6,460 bases of DNA. Source: Ascoidea asiatica JCM 7603. Taxonomy: Eukaryota > Fungi > Ascomycota. The stretch is taken from the NCBI GenBank assembly GCA_001600695.1, contig BCKQ01000056.1, positions 1-6,460 on the forward strand, in the 5' to 3' direction. Below, piece after piece: positions 6,366 to 6,460 of this stretch. Position numbers and translations under genes: made by a program. A model generated the notes under the pieces. It was given only the letters and a program-made list of their open reading frames with translations. It did not search any database and was not told the DNA's origin. Position 1 is the first letter of the stretch, and each line of letters starts with the position of its first letter.

Positions 6366-6460
6366 TTTTATTTTATTTTATTTTATTTTATTTTATTTTA
6401 TTTTATTTTATTTTATTTTATTTTATTTTATTTTATTTTATTTTATTTTATTTTATTTTA
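6366..6460 (+). repeat. (TTTTA)19+ microsatellite running off the window end
   Basis: 19 perfect copies up to the last base. It may mark a contig end. Confidence 0.98.

Overview
Very AT-rich (roughly 20-25% GC by eye) budding-yeast nuclear DNA. The Tpi1 protein resembles Candida/Debaryomyces-type (CTG-clade) sequences, but the species cannot be named. From left to right: (1) the 5' part of an ORC2 gene on the minus strand (ATG at 776, open to the window edge, absent from the supplied ORF track); (2) a divergent promoter with a 13-bp minisatellite and Tbf1-like, Reb1 and TATA elements; (3) an apparently non-coding spliced transcript whose single intron (GTAAGT 1284, TACTAAC 1541, TAG 1561) contains a complete box C/D snoRNA recognisable as snR47 (guides for 18S Am619 and 25S Am2220); (4) TPI1 (minus, true ATG at 2670) and DET1 (plus), divergent around a GC-rich core flanked by mirror-image (TATTA)n tracts; (5) a second GC-rich promoter-like island with a TATA box at 5061, followed by about 1.4 kb with no long ORF, many hairpins and a telomere-template-like motif, ending in a (TTTTA)19 run. 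The intron-hosted snR47 unit is the best-supported hidden element. The downstream orphan unit (long 5' leader or ncRNA, speculatively telomerase RNA) is the most open question. Comparisons with reference sequences are from memory and need database confirmation.
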